NCBI GenBank assembly: GCA_973895155.1
Contig: OZ316899.1
Coordinates: forward strand, 1,449,573 to 1,513,572
Source: Marsupella aquatica
Lineage: Eukaryota > Plantae > Marchantiophyta
Direction: 5' to 3'
DNA length: 64,000 nt
Part shown: positions 47,379-60,447 of the stretch, piece by piece
Layout of the letters: every line of letters starts with the position of its first letter
How positions within the stretch are numbered: the first letter of the stretch is position 1
The notes under the pieces: generated by a model
What the model was told of the DNA's origin: nothing
Seen by the model: only the letters and a program-made list of their open reading frames with translations
Database searches by the model: none
Position numbers and translations under genes: made by a program

Positions 47379-47577
47379 GGTGATAGGTATCTAAGGTTGT
47401 CATGTGATGTGAGGACTATTCTGAATTATTTTTGTGACTGTCGGTAACAAAGATTACATTTACAATGACCCTTATAAAAACTTGTAAATATAGTCTTTGT
47501 TCAACCTTAAACTGACAGTCACAAAAATAATTTAGAATAATTCTCAGATCACATGATAACCTTGGATACCTATCACC
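47379..47577. repeat. Long fold-back (inverted repeat); MITE or MIR-like hairpin
   Basis: ~64-bp outer arms (GGTGATAGGTAT...GTGACTGTC and GACAGTCAC...ATACCTATCACC) plus a ~20-bp inner stem (AACAAAGATTACATTTACAA and TTGTAAATATAGTCTTTGTT). Confidence 0.9.
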
Positions 47578-48699
47578 GTTCCCAAAATAACCTACTCTTT
47601 GACAATGGTTTTTTTGTTTTTTTGTTTTTTTGTTTCACGACCATAGGTGATCTTGGTAAGGTCCTCACCAATCCTAGCACTCATGTTTAAGTGCCTTTGG
47701 TACACGAAAGTTTCCACATAATATCTTGAGCAAGTAACCTGATGCCCCTTGTATTGTCTACGGTTCTTCCAATACCCTGTTATACTTGATCTCCAACACG
47801 ACCGTTACTCAACGGTCTTCATTGCCTACACAAACAACCAAGCGTCTCGATAAATAACTCATTAGGATCTAGATCTCTTAAATTTAAGATCTTAACTCAA
47901 ACTCATCAGACATTACTAAATAAGTTAACGATAGATCATCTCGATGTCATAAGTCGGAACCAGAACCAACACCCATTGTTGTCCAGAACAAGTCCTTTCT
48001 AGGGTGCAGCCCGGGTTCCCTCTCGTTCCTATTCATCACCAATTGACTGCTCTGTCCCTAGGACATGCTCACCCAAATATCGTAGCTTAGCCTAAAGCTT
48101 GTCCTAACACGTCGGGACCAGAATGACCCCGACTCTAGCAACCAATTCTCGGTTCTCGTCCCACTGATGGTCTAGGGGCCAAGTGCTTTGGAACTCCTTC
48201 ATGCCTATTTGGTCTTGCCTCAACGCAAACTTCCTTGAAAGATTGAACGCGATTTGGCTATTGTTTCGACAGGATTTGGCAAGCAGACGAAATGGCCCCC
48301 CGCAAACCCTGAGAACCTATGGCACCCCCAAAACCAATTGAGCTCAAAATGACATAGCTCTCCTCGAGAGCTTTCCAACGCACCCAAGAAGTCCTCAAAA
48401 AAATGAATGGTGGAAGATTGAGTCAAAACGATTTTTCTTTTTTGCAAGATTTTACCAAGACATTCACAATCAGTGGGTGTCATCAATCAATCTTTTCATT
48501 CCCTTCTGGGTTGTAGGCAATAGTAATTTGAGCTTGATGTTGAACTAGTCAAAAAAAAAATTGTGTTGAGTTTGCTCTGAATCAAACAGAGTAAATTTGA
48601 CTCAGAGCAAACTTCAAAATTTAACATGTTTAATTCTCACAAAACTTAACATAAAATTTAACATCCATATACATGTCTAATTACCAATATCATTTTTGA

Positions 48700-49740
48700 A
48701 CCCGCTCATAGGTAGCTTTAATGCCTCGGTGTCTTGCTTCAACAGCATCATGAGAGTCTCTTCTTATCTTCATCTATATCAAAATCTCTACAAGGAACAT
48801 GTCTTTTCTTCAAAGATCTTCTCCATAAAATATCATTATTTAGTATGAACTTGCAAACATTCTTCTGTAATTGTTGATAATTTTTTTTTATCATTTTAAC
48901 AAGTTTTTGAAGAGTTAAGATACCTTCCAATTAAAAACAACTCTTCAAAATAGAGGTCCTATCAAAATGTTAAGACCTCAAACTCTTCATTCATCATTTG
49001 ATCCCTCTCCACTTTGTTCTGATCATATCGGGCTCTTGAAAGCATCTTTGTTACTGGATTATCTTTTAGCAATGTGTTGAAGCCCAGGATTGATCATCCT
49101 AATAAAAACTATCCAACATAGCATAGCAATCTCTAGAGTGTCACAGTTAACAATTATCCTTAAAAGTGATAAATAATCAGTCTCAAGAATGACTTGTGCT
49201 TCTATCAAATAGACTTTTTCTTCACACAAGACTATCTTTACGCCTCACAACTCTTGCTTGATTTGAGGGTAGTGCATTTGTCTTCCTGAAAACTTCTTAA
49301 CTCCAAACTTTATTGTAAATCTCTTCTCCTCCTCATCATCCTGTCCTATTGTCCATCCAGCAACATCAAGACTTGAATCTATAGTAACAATGATGGGTCT
49401 TCCATCATAGCATAAGGAACGTAAAACAAAGCGGCTAAGTAAGGTCTCCTTTAACCTTTGCATAGTCTCCTTATGTGTCTCTGTCCAAACAAAGTGCATA
49501 TTTTTTCTCAATAATCCGTACAAAGGATCAGTAATATGTACAAAATGGGGAATCCAAATTTTGTAGAACAAGCAAGCGTCAAGGAACCTTCGCACCTTCA
49601 AAGTTGTCTAGTAGTCTTTTATCTGATTGATTGCATCTACCTTTCTTTCATTTCATGTTCTTCCATCAACTCCACAAATTCATCTTACAATTAGGATTTC
49701 ATGAAGCCCAAACAATTATTTTTTACCAGAAAGAGTGAGT
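48700..49740 (-). mobile_element. Degenerate Ty3/Gypsy RT C-terminus - RNase H - integrase N-terminus
   Basis: VRRFLDACLFYKIWIPHF...PLYGLLRK...FVW, RPIIVTIDSS...GWTIGQ, and an eroded H2C2-like region near 48850. Confidence 0.75.
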
Positions 49741-52254
49741 TCAACCTGGAGAGGTAGAATTGAATGATGATGGTCGGTAACTGATGAGTGTAGCTGCGTG
49801 TAGTATGGCATGGCCCCATGCCGAAAGTGGTAGGTTGGTTTGCATAAGAAGTGGTCTAGCTATGGTTTGTAGCCTTTTGATGAGGGATTCAGCGATCCCA
49901 TTCTGAAAATGGACGTGGGCGACCGGATATTGTATCTCTATGCCGGCTGATTCGTAGAACTCTTCAAAGGTCTTGGAGGTAAATTCTCCAGCATTATCTA
50001 CTCGAAGGGTTCTTATTGGAAAGTCGGGGAATTGAGCTTTGAGTCTCAGTATGTGCGCCAGGAGTCGGGGGAATACCATGTTTCTCGTGGATAATAGTGA
50101 GACTCTTGACCATTTAGATGATGCACAGATAATGGCCAGGAAGAAGTGGAATGGTCCGCTTGTGGGTTCAATTGGACCGCACACATGCGTGGAGCCGCTC
50201 TACAAAATTGGGTATTCTTGTTTCAGTGGTAGGTGGGGATGGACGTAGGATCAGTTTTCCTTTGGAGCAGGCTAGGCAAGGGTTCTTCATAGCTGTTGGA
50301 TGTACTGTTTGTGGTATGCCTCGGGTGTCTCTCAGTATTCGCTGGAACATTGTGGTCCCAGGGTGGCCAAGCCTCCTATGCCATATATCTGTAATGGTTT
50401 CCTTATGTGGTTCTATATGGCAGGTATGGGCTTTGGTGATATAGAATCCCAGTGGGAGGGCTGTAAACGTTTCCTTTATCCCCGTTTGTTTGGGTGTATT
50501 TGAGGTAATGTGCAGGACTTCCCTATTGTTCTCTATGCCCGTCTGTATATGTAAGTTATTTGCTCTAATGTCTTTAAAGCTCAAGAGGTTTCTCGTTGCC
50601 CTTGGGGCATAGATAGCCGATTGAATGTATATAACTGTGCCTCTGGACAGGATGACTATTGCGGGTCCAAAGCCTTCCTCGATCTGGTGCTGGCCCATTA
50701 TGGTCGTTATCTTGCGTTGTGATGGTATAATATATTTGAAGTATACTTTGTTTTGTAATATTGAGTGCAAGGTACCACTGTCTATAATGCAGTGGTTTAG
50801 TTCATTTATTGGTGGTTGGCTTCCCGAAGTGATCATATGTATTTCTGGTAATATTTCCACTGATTCAAGAAAGGTGCCATATGTTTCTGATTCGTTTGCA
50901 GTAAGGCTTTTCTTGTATAGATCTACCAAGTGTGCTGGGGCTCTACATGTTCTTTGTGTGTGCCCTTTAGTGCCATAGCGGAAACAAATTGGTGGGTTTT
51001 CAGCGTTATCTGATTGTGATCGTTGGCTGCTGTTGTTGCGTTGCCAAGTAGGTCTCCAGTTGTATTGGCGGGGTCGTCCGTAGCCTCCTCCCCAGGATCC
51101 ATTGTTGCTACCGCCTCGTCGAGGGCCACTTCCCCGACCTCTGAATGGTCCTCATTTTCTGAATGATCCGCGGCCTCTGGAGTTGCCTCTTAAACTTCCG
51201 CTGCCTCAGGGGTAAGTTCCTTGTTCTTGATTTGGGGCGTTGTAGTGCGCTTTGGATGGTGGCTGAGGTGGGAGAGTTCCTGGAGGTCGTTGTTGGGTAT
51301 TTTGTAGGAGAAGTAGTTGGTGCTTCTCGGCTAATAGCATGTGTGCTATTAGCTCCGAGTATTTGGTAAACAGCATATTCCTGTATTGCGTTGATAGGAC
51401 GAGATTGGATGAATGAAGTGTCGACAGAGTTTTCTCAATTTGTTCCTCATCAGTGACTGGTTGGCCGCAGATTGCCAACTGCGCCACTATCCAGAAAAAC
51501 TCGTTGTTGTAATCGGCAATGGACTTATGATCCTGTACACGGAGGTTCACCCAGTCATGCCTGGCTGCTGGCAAGAAAATCGTCCGTGTGTGGTCAAATC
51601 TGGAAAGGAGTTCTTCCCATAGAACCCGGGGGTTGAATTCATTCATGTATTGTCTCTTGAGTGAATCCGCTAGGTGGTGCCGAATTAGAATGAGAGCTTT
51701 GGCTTTTTGCTGTAGCGTTGGGCCCACATCCGTTATGACTGTATCCTGAAGGTCCTTGGTGGCCAGGTGTGCCTCCACATCGAGGGACCAAGAGAGATAG
51801 TTTGATCCGTCGATGTGTAGAGCCAGGAACAATAATTTCTCGATTGAGTTTGTGGATGTCGACATGCTCCAATATAAGTTTAATAAAGTTGCAATTTGCA
51901 ATCCCCTATTTTGTGCAAGAACTTCGCTCTTGGTCGTCCCTCTTTGTCAGTTTCTCCCTCGTCGGATTGCTACTTCCGATCGTCCGAATTGTGGATCGTC
52001 CAAATTGTGGATCAGAAAGAGAAATCTTGTCCGCTGTCCCTTTGACTGACGACTTGATCGGGAGGAAAAAAATGTGTGGAGCGCATCATGCTGATAATTA
52101 ACGTGTTGTATTCTCCATAGAATCAATCCTTCAATTCCATCTCCGAGGTGTTACATAGTGTGTCCCTAAGGACTTGGTAGTTAGGCAATTATTCCTGCCC
52201 CTAGTAGACTAGACATAACCGTGGGTTATACTAGGTCTAACTAGGGTTATAACA
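49741..52254 (-). mobile_element. Bianca-like Ty1/Copia, 3'-truncated in integrase
   Basis: 151-bp LTR 52104-52254 (TGTTGTA...TATAACA); TTATCAGCATGA half-tRNA-type PBS at 52086-52097; gag LALHIDGSNYLSWSLDVEAHL; CIIDSG protease; WHRRLGHPG; SLLSTRN...LRVDNAGEF integrase. Confidence 0.88.
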
Positions 52255-52340
52255 AAGACCAAATTTTAAATCTATATTTCCACCCCTCTTGAGACATATC
52301 CAAAATGACTATAAATGTAACATTGGTGGTATGTGGCACG

Positions 52341-55300
52341 TGTTAGATTGCTCTAGTCTTGTGACTCATGAGCTAACCACAATTAGTCTAACTTGGGTTA
52401 GGACTTAGCTAATGTTAGCGGTAGTGCTGGTGTGCATATAGCCAGGGCTGATGCCAGACCCTGGTGGAACTTAGGCTCATTGTTACGAAGCTAGTTGAGA
52501 GATAGGAGAGCTTGTGTTGTGGATGCTTGGTATGGCCGGTCGGCCTAGAGTGCAGTAAAGCTCTTGTGTGTTCCCGTGGACGTAACCTCATGTGGAGGTG
52601 AACCACGTATCTCTCTATGTTGACTATTGTGCGTTGGATGGTTCATGGGCTTGCCGTTGCGAATGTCGTCTATGCTCAACAAGTGGTATCAGAGCATGCA
52701 TGGGAGGTGACGAGGTGTTTTCATGACAGGTTTTTCCAGCGTTCACTATCGATGGTACATTTGGAGTTTCGTCGCATGAAACTTGAATGTGTGTGACTGT
52801 ACGGATAGGTTAGTGAGAGGGCTTTCTAACGGTGGTTAGAACTCGCTGATCGGTATCCGTGGTGCGGAGGAATTGAAGTTTGCGTTGTTCAAGTTTTATT
52901 TGTGTTCAACGGGTTTTCGGGGGAGACCAGAGTTTGCTTTTTTCAACGGTGTGAGTTGTGCAGTGCAGAAAGGATCGCACATTATAGCTCAAGTTGAAGG
53001 TTGAAGCGAGCTGGTCATTTTGGTACCTGGTTTGTTGGCGTTTGTGGAGCGAGTGCTCGTGATGAGTGAATGTTGAGTTCTGGTTTTTTGACAAGCTATT
53101 ATGGTGCTTGTTTTTTCCTGAACCGGATTACTCGTCGTGACGCTTGACTTGGTGGAAGAAACGCGAAGTGCTACGGCTCAACAATTTGATTGCGGCGAAG
53201 CGGTCATTTTGAGCCCGGGATTGGCACTTGACGCGGAGTGAAGGCAACATGGCGGAAGTTTTTACAGTGCTGGAGTTGCAGACTGTGCCGGTGCAATTTG
53301 GCAACATTTCCCATCGGCGGCATTCACTTTCTTGGTTTCAAATAGCAGCGTTTAAGGTGTGTTATCGGCTTTTTAGGTTAAGGCTTAAATTTTTGTTTTA
53401 AGGGGCCTTTTAAAAAAATCCCTTTGGTGTGTACACACACCCGAGCTCCCCCATCCTCCCCGATACTCCTCGATACTCCCCCCGGTTCCCCTACCGCATT
53501 TTTTGCTACAGCGGCGAGCTGCGCAGCGCCAGCCGGCGCGTTTGCAGCCGCAGCTGGCCGCCCTCCCTGGTTTATTCCTCCCCCCACTGCCTCAGTCCTT
53601 GTTAAGCCCCTACCGCCTCATTCTCGCAACCCGGCTTTCTGCCGGTCGCTCGCCCTCCCCCTTAGCGCCCCATGCCTCCTTACGGCCGGCCCTTTGCCTC
53701 GCCGGTACGCCGCACTCCCGAGCCCACGTGTTCCCGCACCCCCGCGCTCCCTCCTCGCTTTCTCCTCCGGCCGGCAGCCAGCGTATACCCTGCGTACCAA
53801 GCCGCATTTGGCCTTGTATGCTCCTGTATACTATGCGCGTACCCTATACCTTGCCTGGCCCGCCTTGCATATGCGTATTTTTGAGCATATTTTGTGCTTT
53901 AGGGGCGTTTGGACCCCCTTTAGGCCCCATTTTTAGCGTTTTTCTTTCTCCCCTTTGATCTCCTTGTGCCGGGACCTGCCGCCCTCCGTTTTAACCGCTC
54001 CAATAGGGGGAACGACCCCCTATGAGACCTGCCGGACTGTGTGGGAATATTCCCAAAAAATAGAGAGCTGTTTTTTGACCGTCCGACAAAGATTCTGTTC
54101 GCCAAACGGTAACTTTTTTGGTTCTTTTTTGGTGAGGACGTTGCCACTAGAGTTAGCAACGCGGCGCACCAATCACATTGCGATTCCGACGACAGGTTGT
54201 ACTTGGTATTTTGGTTATTCTCCGAGGTGGTCAAAACGGGGGAGTTTCCCAAGGTTTTACCCACCCCGACCGAAATTTGAATAACTTTTCCATCAAATTT
54301 TGATTTTGATTTCGGCTTTTAGTATTGGACTCCTAGCTTTGTTGGCTACACGGCGATGTTGATTTTTGAGTTTTATGAGAAGTTTCAAGAAAATATGTTT
54401 TTTCGTGATTGTTTCATATGAGTGACTCGGAGGATACTGGAAGAATTGGCGTCAGTGGAGCTTCAGGATTGCGACGGTCAAACGGTGAGTCTGAGGAGGA
54501 GCTGCTACGGTTTGAGGAGGAACTTGTGACACCGATACAATCACCGGTGCAGCATGTAGTGGAGGAAACTGTGTTACTACCAAAGTTGTTGGTAGTGCGG
54601 AAGAAGAGGGAGATGGCTAGATTCGGAGGAGTGAAGTTTGAGGTAGAGAAGTACGATGGTCGTACTGATTACTTGCTATGGGATAAGCAAGTGAAGGGTG
54701 TTCTACGGGCCATGGGCTTAGCTCATCTGCTTTCATTGCAAGAGCAGTATGATGGAGAGGAGGAGATTTCTATGAGACAACGGAGATAGGAGCAGGTGAT
54801 TGTTGTCAACGCAGTGATGCTATATCTCAAGCCGTACATCATCAAGCAGCTGGATGATTATGCGGATTGCGCGTCACTATTCAAGACTCTAAGAGAGAAG
54901 TACTACCGGGAAGATGCTTCAGACCGACTGTACAAGAAGTCTCTCTTGATGAGCCTCAGGCTCAAGGAAGGGAGCAAGATGCAGGATCACCTGGATGAGT
55001 TTGACAATCTAGCAGTGGATCTGTCAAACCTGGGAAAAGGAGTTGAAGATGAGGATAAGGCCTTGCTTCTGCTAAGCTCCTTACCGCCGTCATATCAGGG
55101 CTTGAAACAAGTGCTCTTGTATAGAGATCTGAAGTCCATTTTGTATAATGAGGTGGTGAGCTCCTTGTTGTCTGATGATGCTCAGAAGAAGCTGGGTCAA
55201 TCATAGACAACATCTTCTTCTGGCACTGCGCTGAATGTGAACCGTGGGAGAGCAGCGCAACGCTTAAATGAGCATAACAGGTTAAAATCTAAATCTAGAG

Positions 55301-57084
55301 GGAAATTGCAAGAGAGAAAGCCTCTTGCATGTTGGAATTGTGGCAAGCCTGACCACATGAAAAGGGATTGTCGAGTAAAGGTCCCTACTGCATCTGCTAA
55401 CGCGGCATCAAGCTTGCATGAGGTAGATTTACTCGATGATGATGACATATTGTGATGTCAAGGTTATGCTCTCAACGTAGTGTCAAATCCAGGTAGTGAT
55501 GACTGAATTCTAGATAGTGCATGTACTTTTCACATTTGATCTAGGAGAGATTTTTTCAATTCTTACACGGTTTCTAACGGGTCAGTGTTGATGGGAAATG
55601 GAATCCCATGTCAAGTAGTTGGACTTGGATCTGTTAGATTTCAGATGTTTGATGATGCTGTGAGAACGTTGAGGAATGTGAGACATATTCTCAGCATGAT
55701 GAAAAATCTCATTTCAGTTGGAGTTTTAGAAGCAAATGGCCATCAGTGGAGTTCTGCTAATGGTGTCCTTCAGGTTTCAACTGGTACTAAAGTTGTATTG
55801 AAGGGAAAGAGACATTGCAATCTATATGTTTTGGAGGGCAGAGTAGTATGTGATGAAGCCAATGTAACCTTATCTCATGAGGAGACGGCCCGGCTGTGGC
55901 ACTTCCGTTTGGGCCACATGAGTGAAAAAGGTTTGGTTATTCTTTAGAAGAAATGATTACTTTCTAATTTGCAATCTTGTAAGTTGGAATTTTGTGAGCA
56001 TTGTGTGCTTGGGAAGCAGCACAAGAAACCCTTCGGAGTTGGAACTCACACTAGCAAGGAGGTACTTGAGTATGTACATAGTGATGTGTGGGGTCCAACC
56101 CCTACTCCCTCACATTCTGGACGGTTATACTATGTCACGTTCATTGACGATTACTCAAGGTATGTGTGGATATACTTTCTACACAGTAAGTCTGATGTTT
56201 TTGCCACTTTTAAGGAGTGGAAAGCCCAAGTTGAGAATCAGACTGGTAATAAGGTGAGATATCTACGATCGGATAACGGCGGTGAATACAGTTCTGGTGA
56301 ATTTAGAACGTATTGTAAGGAGCAGGGGATTACCCGCCATCTCACAACAAGTTATACTCCTCAATAGAATGGTGTTTCTGAGAGACTCAACCAAACACTA
56401 TTGGACCGCTCGAGGAGTATGTTGAGTCAATCATGCTTACCACATGAGTTTTGGGCTAAAGCTGTAAACACTACAGCTTATTTGGTAAATTTTTCTCCAT
56501 CCAGTTCTATCGGATTCAAGATGCCATTTGAAATAAGGTACGGGCGTCCAGCAGATTACTCACATCTGAGGATTTTTGAATGTGATGCTTATGTGCTTAC
56601 ACCTTCCCAGCTTCGATCCAAGCTGGAGTCCAAGTCAAAGAAGTGCATTTTCCTTGGCTAACAGAAAGGTGTGAAAGGTTATAGGTGGGATCCAGTAACC
56701 TGTAAACTAATTGTCAGTAGAGATGTGTCCTTTAATGAGTCCAGATCATCAAAGGAGGGGGAGAGTTCTCAGGACTCCCATACTGACAAGGGGAAATCTC
56801 TCATCCCGGACGGGATTGAGGGGGAGATTAGTCATGATAATGTTCATGACAGGAGAGATGGAGAAGCTCCGGGCTTGGAGCTGGTTCCTCTGATGGAACA
56901 AGAGGAGCAGATTGTTGTTGGGGTACCTCAAATTCAACCAGCAGCAGCAGTAGATCAGCCTGAGTCATCTACTTGAAGAACTTCCAGTCGTTCTACTAGA
57001 ACTCCTACCAGGTATGGTCAATGGGCAGACTCATCTAAGCTAGATGATATTGACATTGCACCTGATGATGATGGCATGGCTTTG
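52341..57084 (+). mobile_element. Ty1/Copia element C (5' LTR, long leader, gag, PR, INT), interrupted at 57085
   Basis: LTR about 52341-52681, iMet PBS 52684-52695, gag 54418-55455, integrase HSDVWGP and LRSDNGGEY. Many stops. Confidence 0.9.
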
Positions 57085-60000
57085 TGATGCCTAGCCAGGA
57101 ATCACTAGGCCAGTTAAGTGGGGAAAACGGAGGTGTACCCTATAAACACATTAGTATAGTAACAAAAACAAAGAAAATATAAACAATTAAGGGTGACTAT
57201 GGAACCCGGGCCGAGGCCGGAGGAAGGACGTTGGGGGAGAGAACACAATTAGGGTTAGGGCGCGCTAAGCATCGGCGGCTAGGGGTAACCAACGGGAGGA
57301 AAGACCAGAGGAGGAGAGGGGTAAGGACCGCTCGCAAGGAATGGTGGCTCAATTGCAAGCACAAACTGGGCAGATGACTACGGAAGGCCAACTACTATTA
57401 GCTGCTTAGGCAAGCACTCTGGGCGGGAGCAGATACCAATGATCGAGTCAAGGAGGGTATGAGCAACGTCAATCAAGTGGCACATTTTTGGGGATGCCTG
57501 TTCAAACGGGCAACTGAGTACATTAGGACTTACGAGAACAAAGAATCGGAGAGAGCAGCTCGAGACTGTGGGAGCTGCAAAAGTCTGCCTTCTTAGGAGG
57601 AGAACTCATCAAGGCCAAGTTCTTGTGGACTCCTACTGCCAATCAGCTTGATGACCTTCTATTTTGCGAAGACAAAATTGTCGGCATTCAAGAAGCCATC
57701 AACCGCTGCAACGATGCGCACTGGGAGTTGAAGGGTAGCACGGAGGGGTGGACAAAGGCAACTATGCTAGGAGAAACATCCACGGCAGCCGAGATGAAGA
57801 GGAAAGGAAACAACAACGAAGAGGCCACCCCGGCAAAAAGAACGAGGTCGGCGGCACCAAGGAAGCCAGTAGAGCAGCAGAACAGGAGGCAGGGAGAAGC
57901 CGAAGAGGAGGAGGTCGATCCCATCAATGCCATTCCAACAAAGGATCACACCTGGAAAGGCTGGGCGGCGACCCTACCAGAGGAAGTGCAATTACATTTT
58001 GCACGGGAGGAGGATGCATGCTTTACGGCCATGCAGACCAAGAAGTACCAGGGCTTCATGGCCGGATCTGGCTTGGAAGCCTTTGTAAGATTACCATGGC
58101 TGAAGCCGAAGGTGCCGGACTCAGACTTATTAGAATTCGTGGGATCATGGGAACCCGAGACCAATTCCACGAGGGTGTATGGGAAGGATTTCTATCTCAC
58201 TCCCCGGGTGATTGCCGATGGGTAATAAGACCAAGGTTGATACCAAGAAGACCTTACCTGACAAGGAGTTCCGGTCGTTCCCAGGACCATCAACGAACAA
58301 TGGCTTCTTCCGGAACACCTGCACCAACCCGCACATCGGAGAGATGATCAATTTCTTGCGGGTGACCATGCATTGTAACTTGCCGAGGGTAGAGATCGGC
58401 AAGGCTCAGGTCTACCTGACAAAAAGGCCAGACCCAAGCCAGGATTACAACGGGTACCTCCTCAACCAACTGAAGAAGATCTTGAAGGAGGAACAGCAGG
58501 TGATCGCCGTGGGAAGTGTGTCCCTGCTTGGCTATCACATGCCGTTGTTGTGCCGGTATGCCAGAAGTCAAATCTTTGCCCCAGTACTTCCCCTATCGGC
58601 AAGGGCACCGGAGGAGGTTCCGGAGCAGAGGCCGGCAACAGAAGAGCCCAACCAGCCTGCCAGTCCTATGATTGAGCAGGTATTTCGGCCAAGGAAAGAA
58701 GACTGGCCGATGCAGCAATCAGGCATGCAGAATCTGCTGAAATTGCTAGAGAAGGAGAGAACGGCACCGGCAACGGCAACGGCACCGGTACAGGACACTG
58801 CCCCAGAGGCCGGCTTAAGCCAACTCAGGAGGGAAAACCCCTTTACCGGAGCCAACGAGAGAAGGAGGCCGGAACACAAGCCAGGAGTTTGAATGTATGT
58901 GGGAGCCTCAAGCCCCAAATTGGAGGCAGAGCAACCTAAGGCTCCTTCCCGCGGAAAACAGAGGGAGAGGACAGCCTGGAAACCAGAGGAGGAACAAGAG
59001 CCCGTGATCTGTGAGGCTGTTTTCACGGTAGGACTGTGGTATGGGTGTCCCTGCAATTTTTTCTGGAAACTTGTTTATTTTTAGCATATCACAAGATTTA
59101 CTTACACTTTAGACACCTTCCGGCCAACATTTACTTGTTCTGGACACTTATAGAAATATTTGACATCTCCGGCTTTCCTGACGATTCCTAGTGTACTTTG
59201 CCCGACGCTGTGACCAGCGCCCGTTTCTTTTACTCAAGACGCTGCGGAAGCGTCCAACCTCCTCATGACGCTTTTGGCAGTGCCCGACCGCCACCAAGAC
59301 TCTATGAGGATTTCGACCGACGCTGTGGAAAGCGTCAGCTTCAACACACGACGCTGTGAGCAGCGTCCACCCTAGTATTGACGCTGTGAGCAGTGTGAGC
59401 AGCGTCCGTTGGTTTTACTTAAGACGCTTCTAGCAGCGTCCAGATTCTCCTGACGCTTCTAGCAGCGTCCGCTCAACACTTAGTTTTTGAAGTAGATTAC
59501 TAGTAAAGTAGTATTCTACCACCCTTGTTGAAGTACTTATGCTGTGCTTCTCCCTTGTTTAGTTTTAAGCTTGGAAAGGCACGACTGTTCTTACCTCCTC
59601 CATTTTAGGATTCCAGCACTTATAAGACAGAGTAGAATGCTCATTTGAAGTAGAGAGAAATAGAGTTAATACTGTATTCAGAATTGAGTCTTCTGAATAG
59701 TTTTCTCCTCCTTCCATTGTAACAAGGCATGCTGTGAGTGTTTTGTATGGAAGTAAAGCTATATTGATTGAAGTTAAGATTGAATTCAAGAGATTCCTGT
59801 GGTGATTGAATTCAGTTGCAGATTTCTGAAACTCGTATTGAATTCACTGCTAGGCTTGCTTGCAGAGTCGGGATTCGCTAGCCAATTCAAGAATAGTTAA
59901 TGATAAATGAGAAGTAAATTCTGATTCTCAGAGTAGTTAGTACTGTTGCTTTGATTCTGGAATATGGTTTAGAGTTTGACTGAATTGCGTATCGCTGATG

Positions 60001-60424
60001 TCAAACCATGTTGACGGCATTTTAAATCATATCATTCATTTGCAATCAGAAAGCTTCTGCTTCATCAGATTGAGAATTCCATTATCATTAACCTTTGTGT
60101 TTTGAAGAGTGAGATGGATGAATTATGAGATAGATTTCATGTCTATACTGAGCCCAAATCCTTTCTGAAGGAGTGGCAGTAGCAGTTTGTAGTCTCTAAA
60201 TCCTTACTCATTTCTTCTCTAATTCATAAATCAGAAGTTCAGTTACTTTGTTGTTTGTTTATTCGATTTTTTTATTGAGAAGTGAAGTCAACATAGAGCT
60301 CAAGACTCTAAATCACTCGGAGTGATAAAAGTTATACAATTCATTCTGAAATCTGTTCTTAAAGGGATCGAAACCCTGGTTTTAGGTGAGGAGAGTCACT
60401 TTTGATACTTAGCACTATACGACA
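57085..60424 (+). repeat. Putative 3.3-kb 5' LTR
   Basis: The family terminus TGTTGTCTAG (as read in the 1-551 copy) pairs 8/10 with the end CTATACGACA. The PBS follows. No internal PBS or PPT seen. The 3' LTR is outside the window. Confidence 0.6.
57199..58892 (+). pseudogene. Accessory ORF within the putative LTR (three frameshifts); resembles plant retroelement accessory / putative plant transposon proteins
   Basis: Joining 57199-57620, 57623-58225 and 58212-58892 gives about 560 codons. The segment LLEFVGSWEPETNSTRVYGKDFYLTPRVIAD..LPMG resembles, from memory, the EFYA...VRG..I...LGLP motif of Athila env-like / Transposase_32 proteins. Confidence 0.55.
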
Positions 60425-60430
60425 TCTTTT

Positions 60431-60447
60431 TGGCGCCGCTGCCGGGG
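60431..60447 (+). promoter_or_regulatory. Primer-binding site, tRNA-Asp type (Athila-like)
   Basis: TGGCGCCGCTGCCGGGG, preceded by a T-run after the LTR-terminal CA. Confidence 0.9.
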
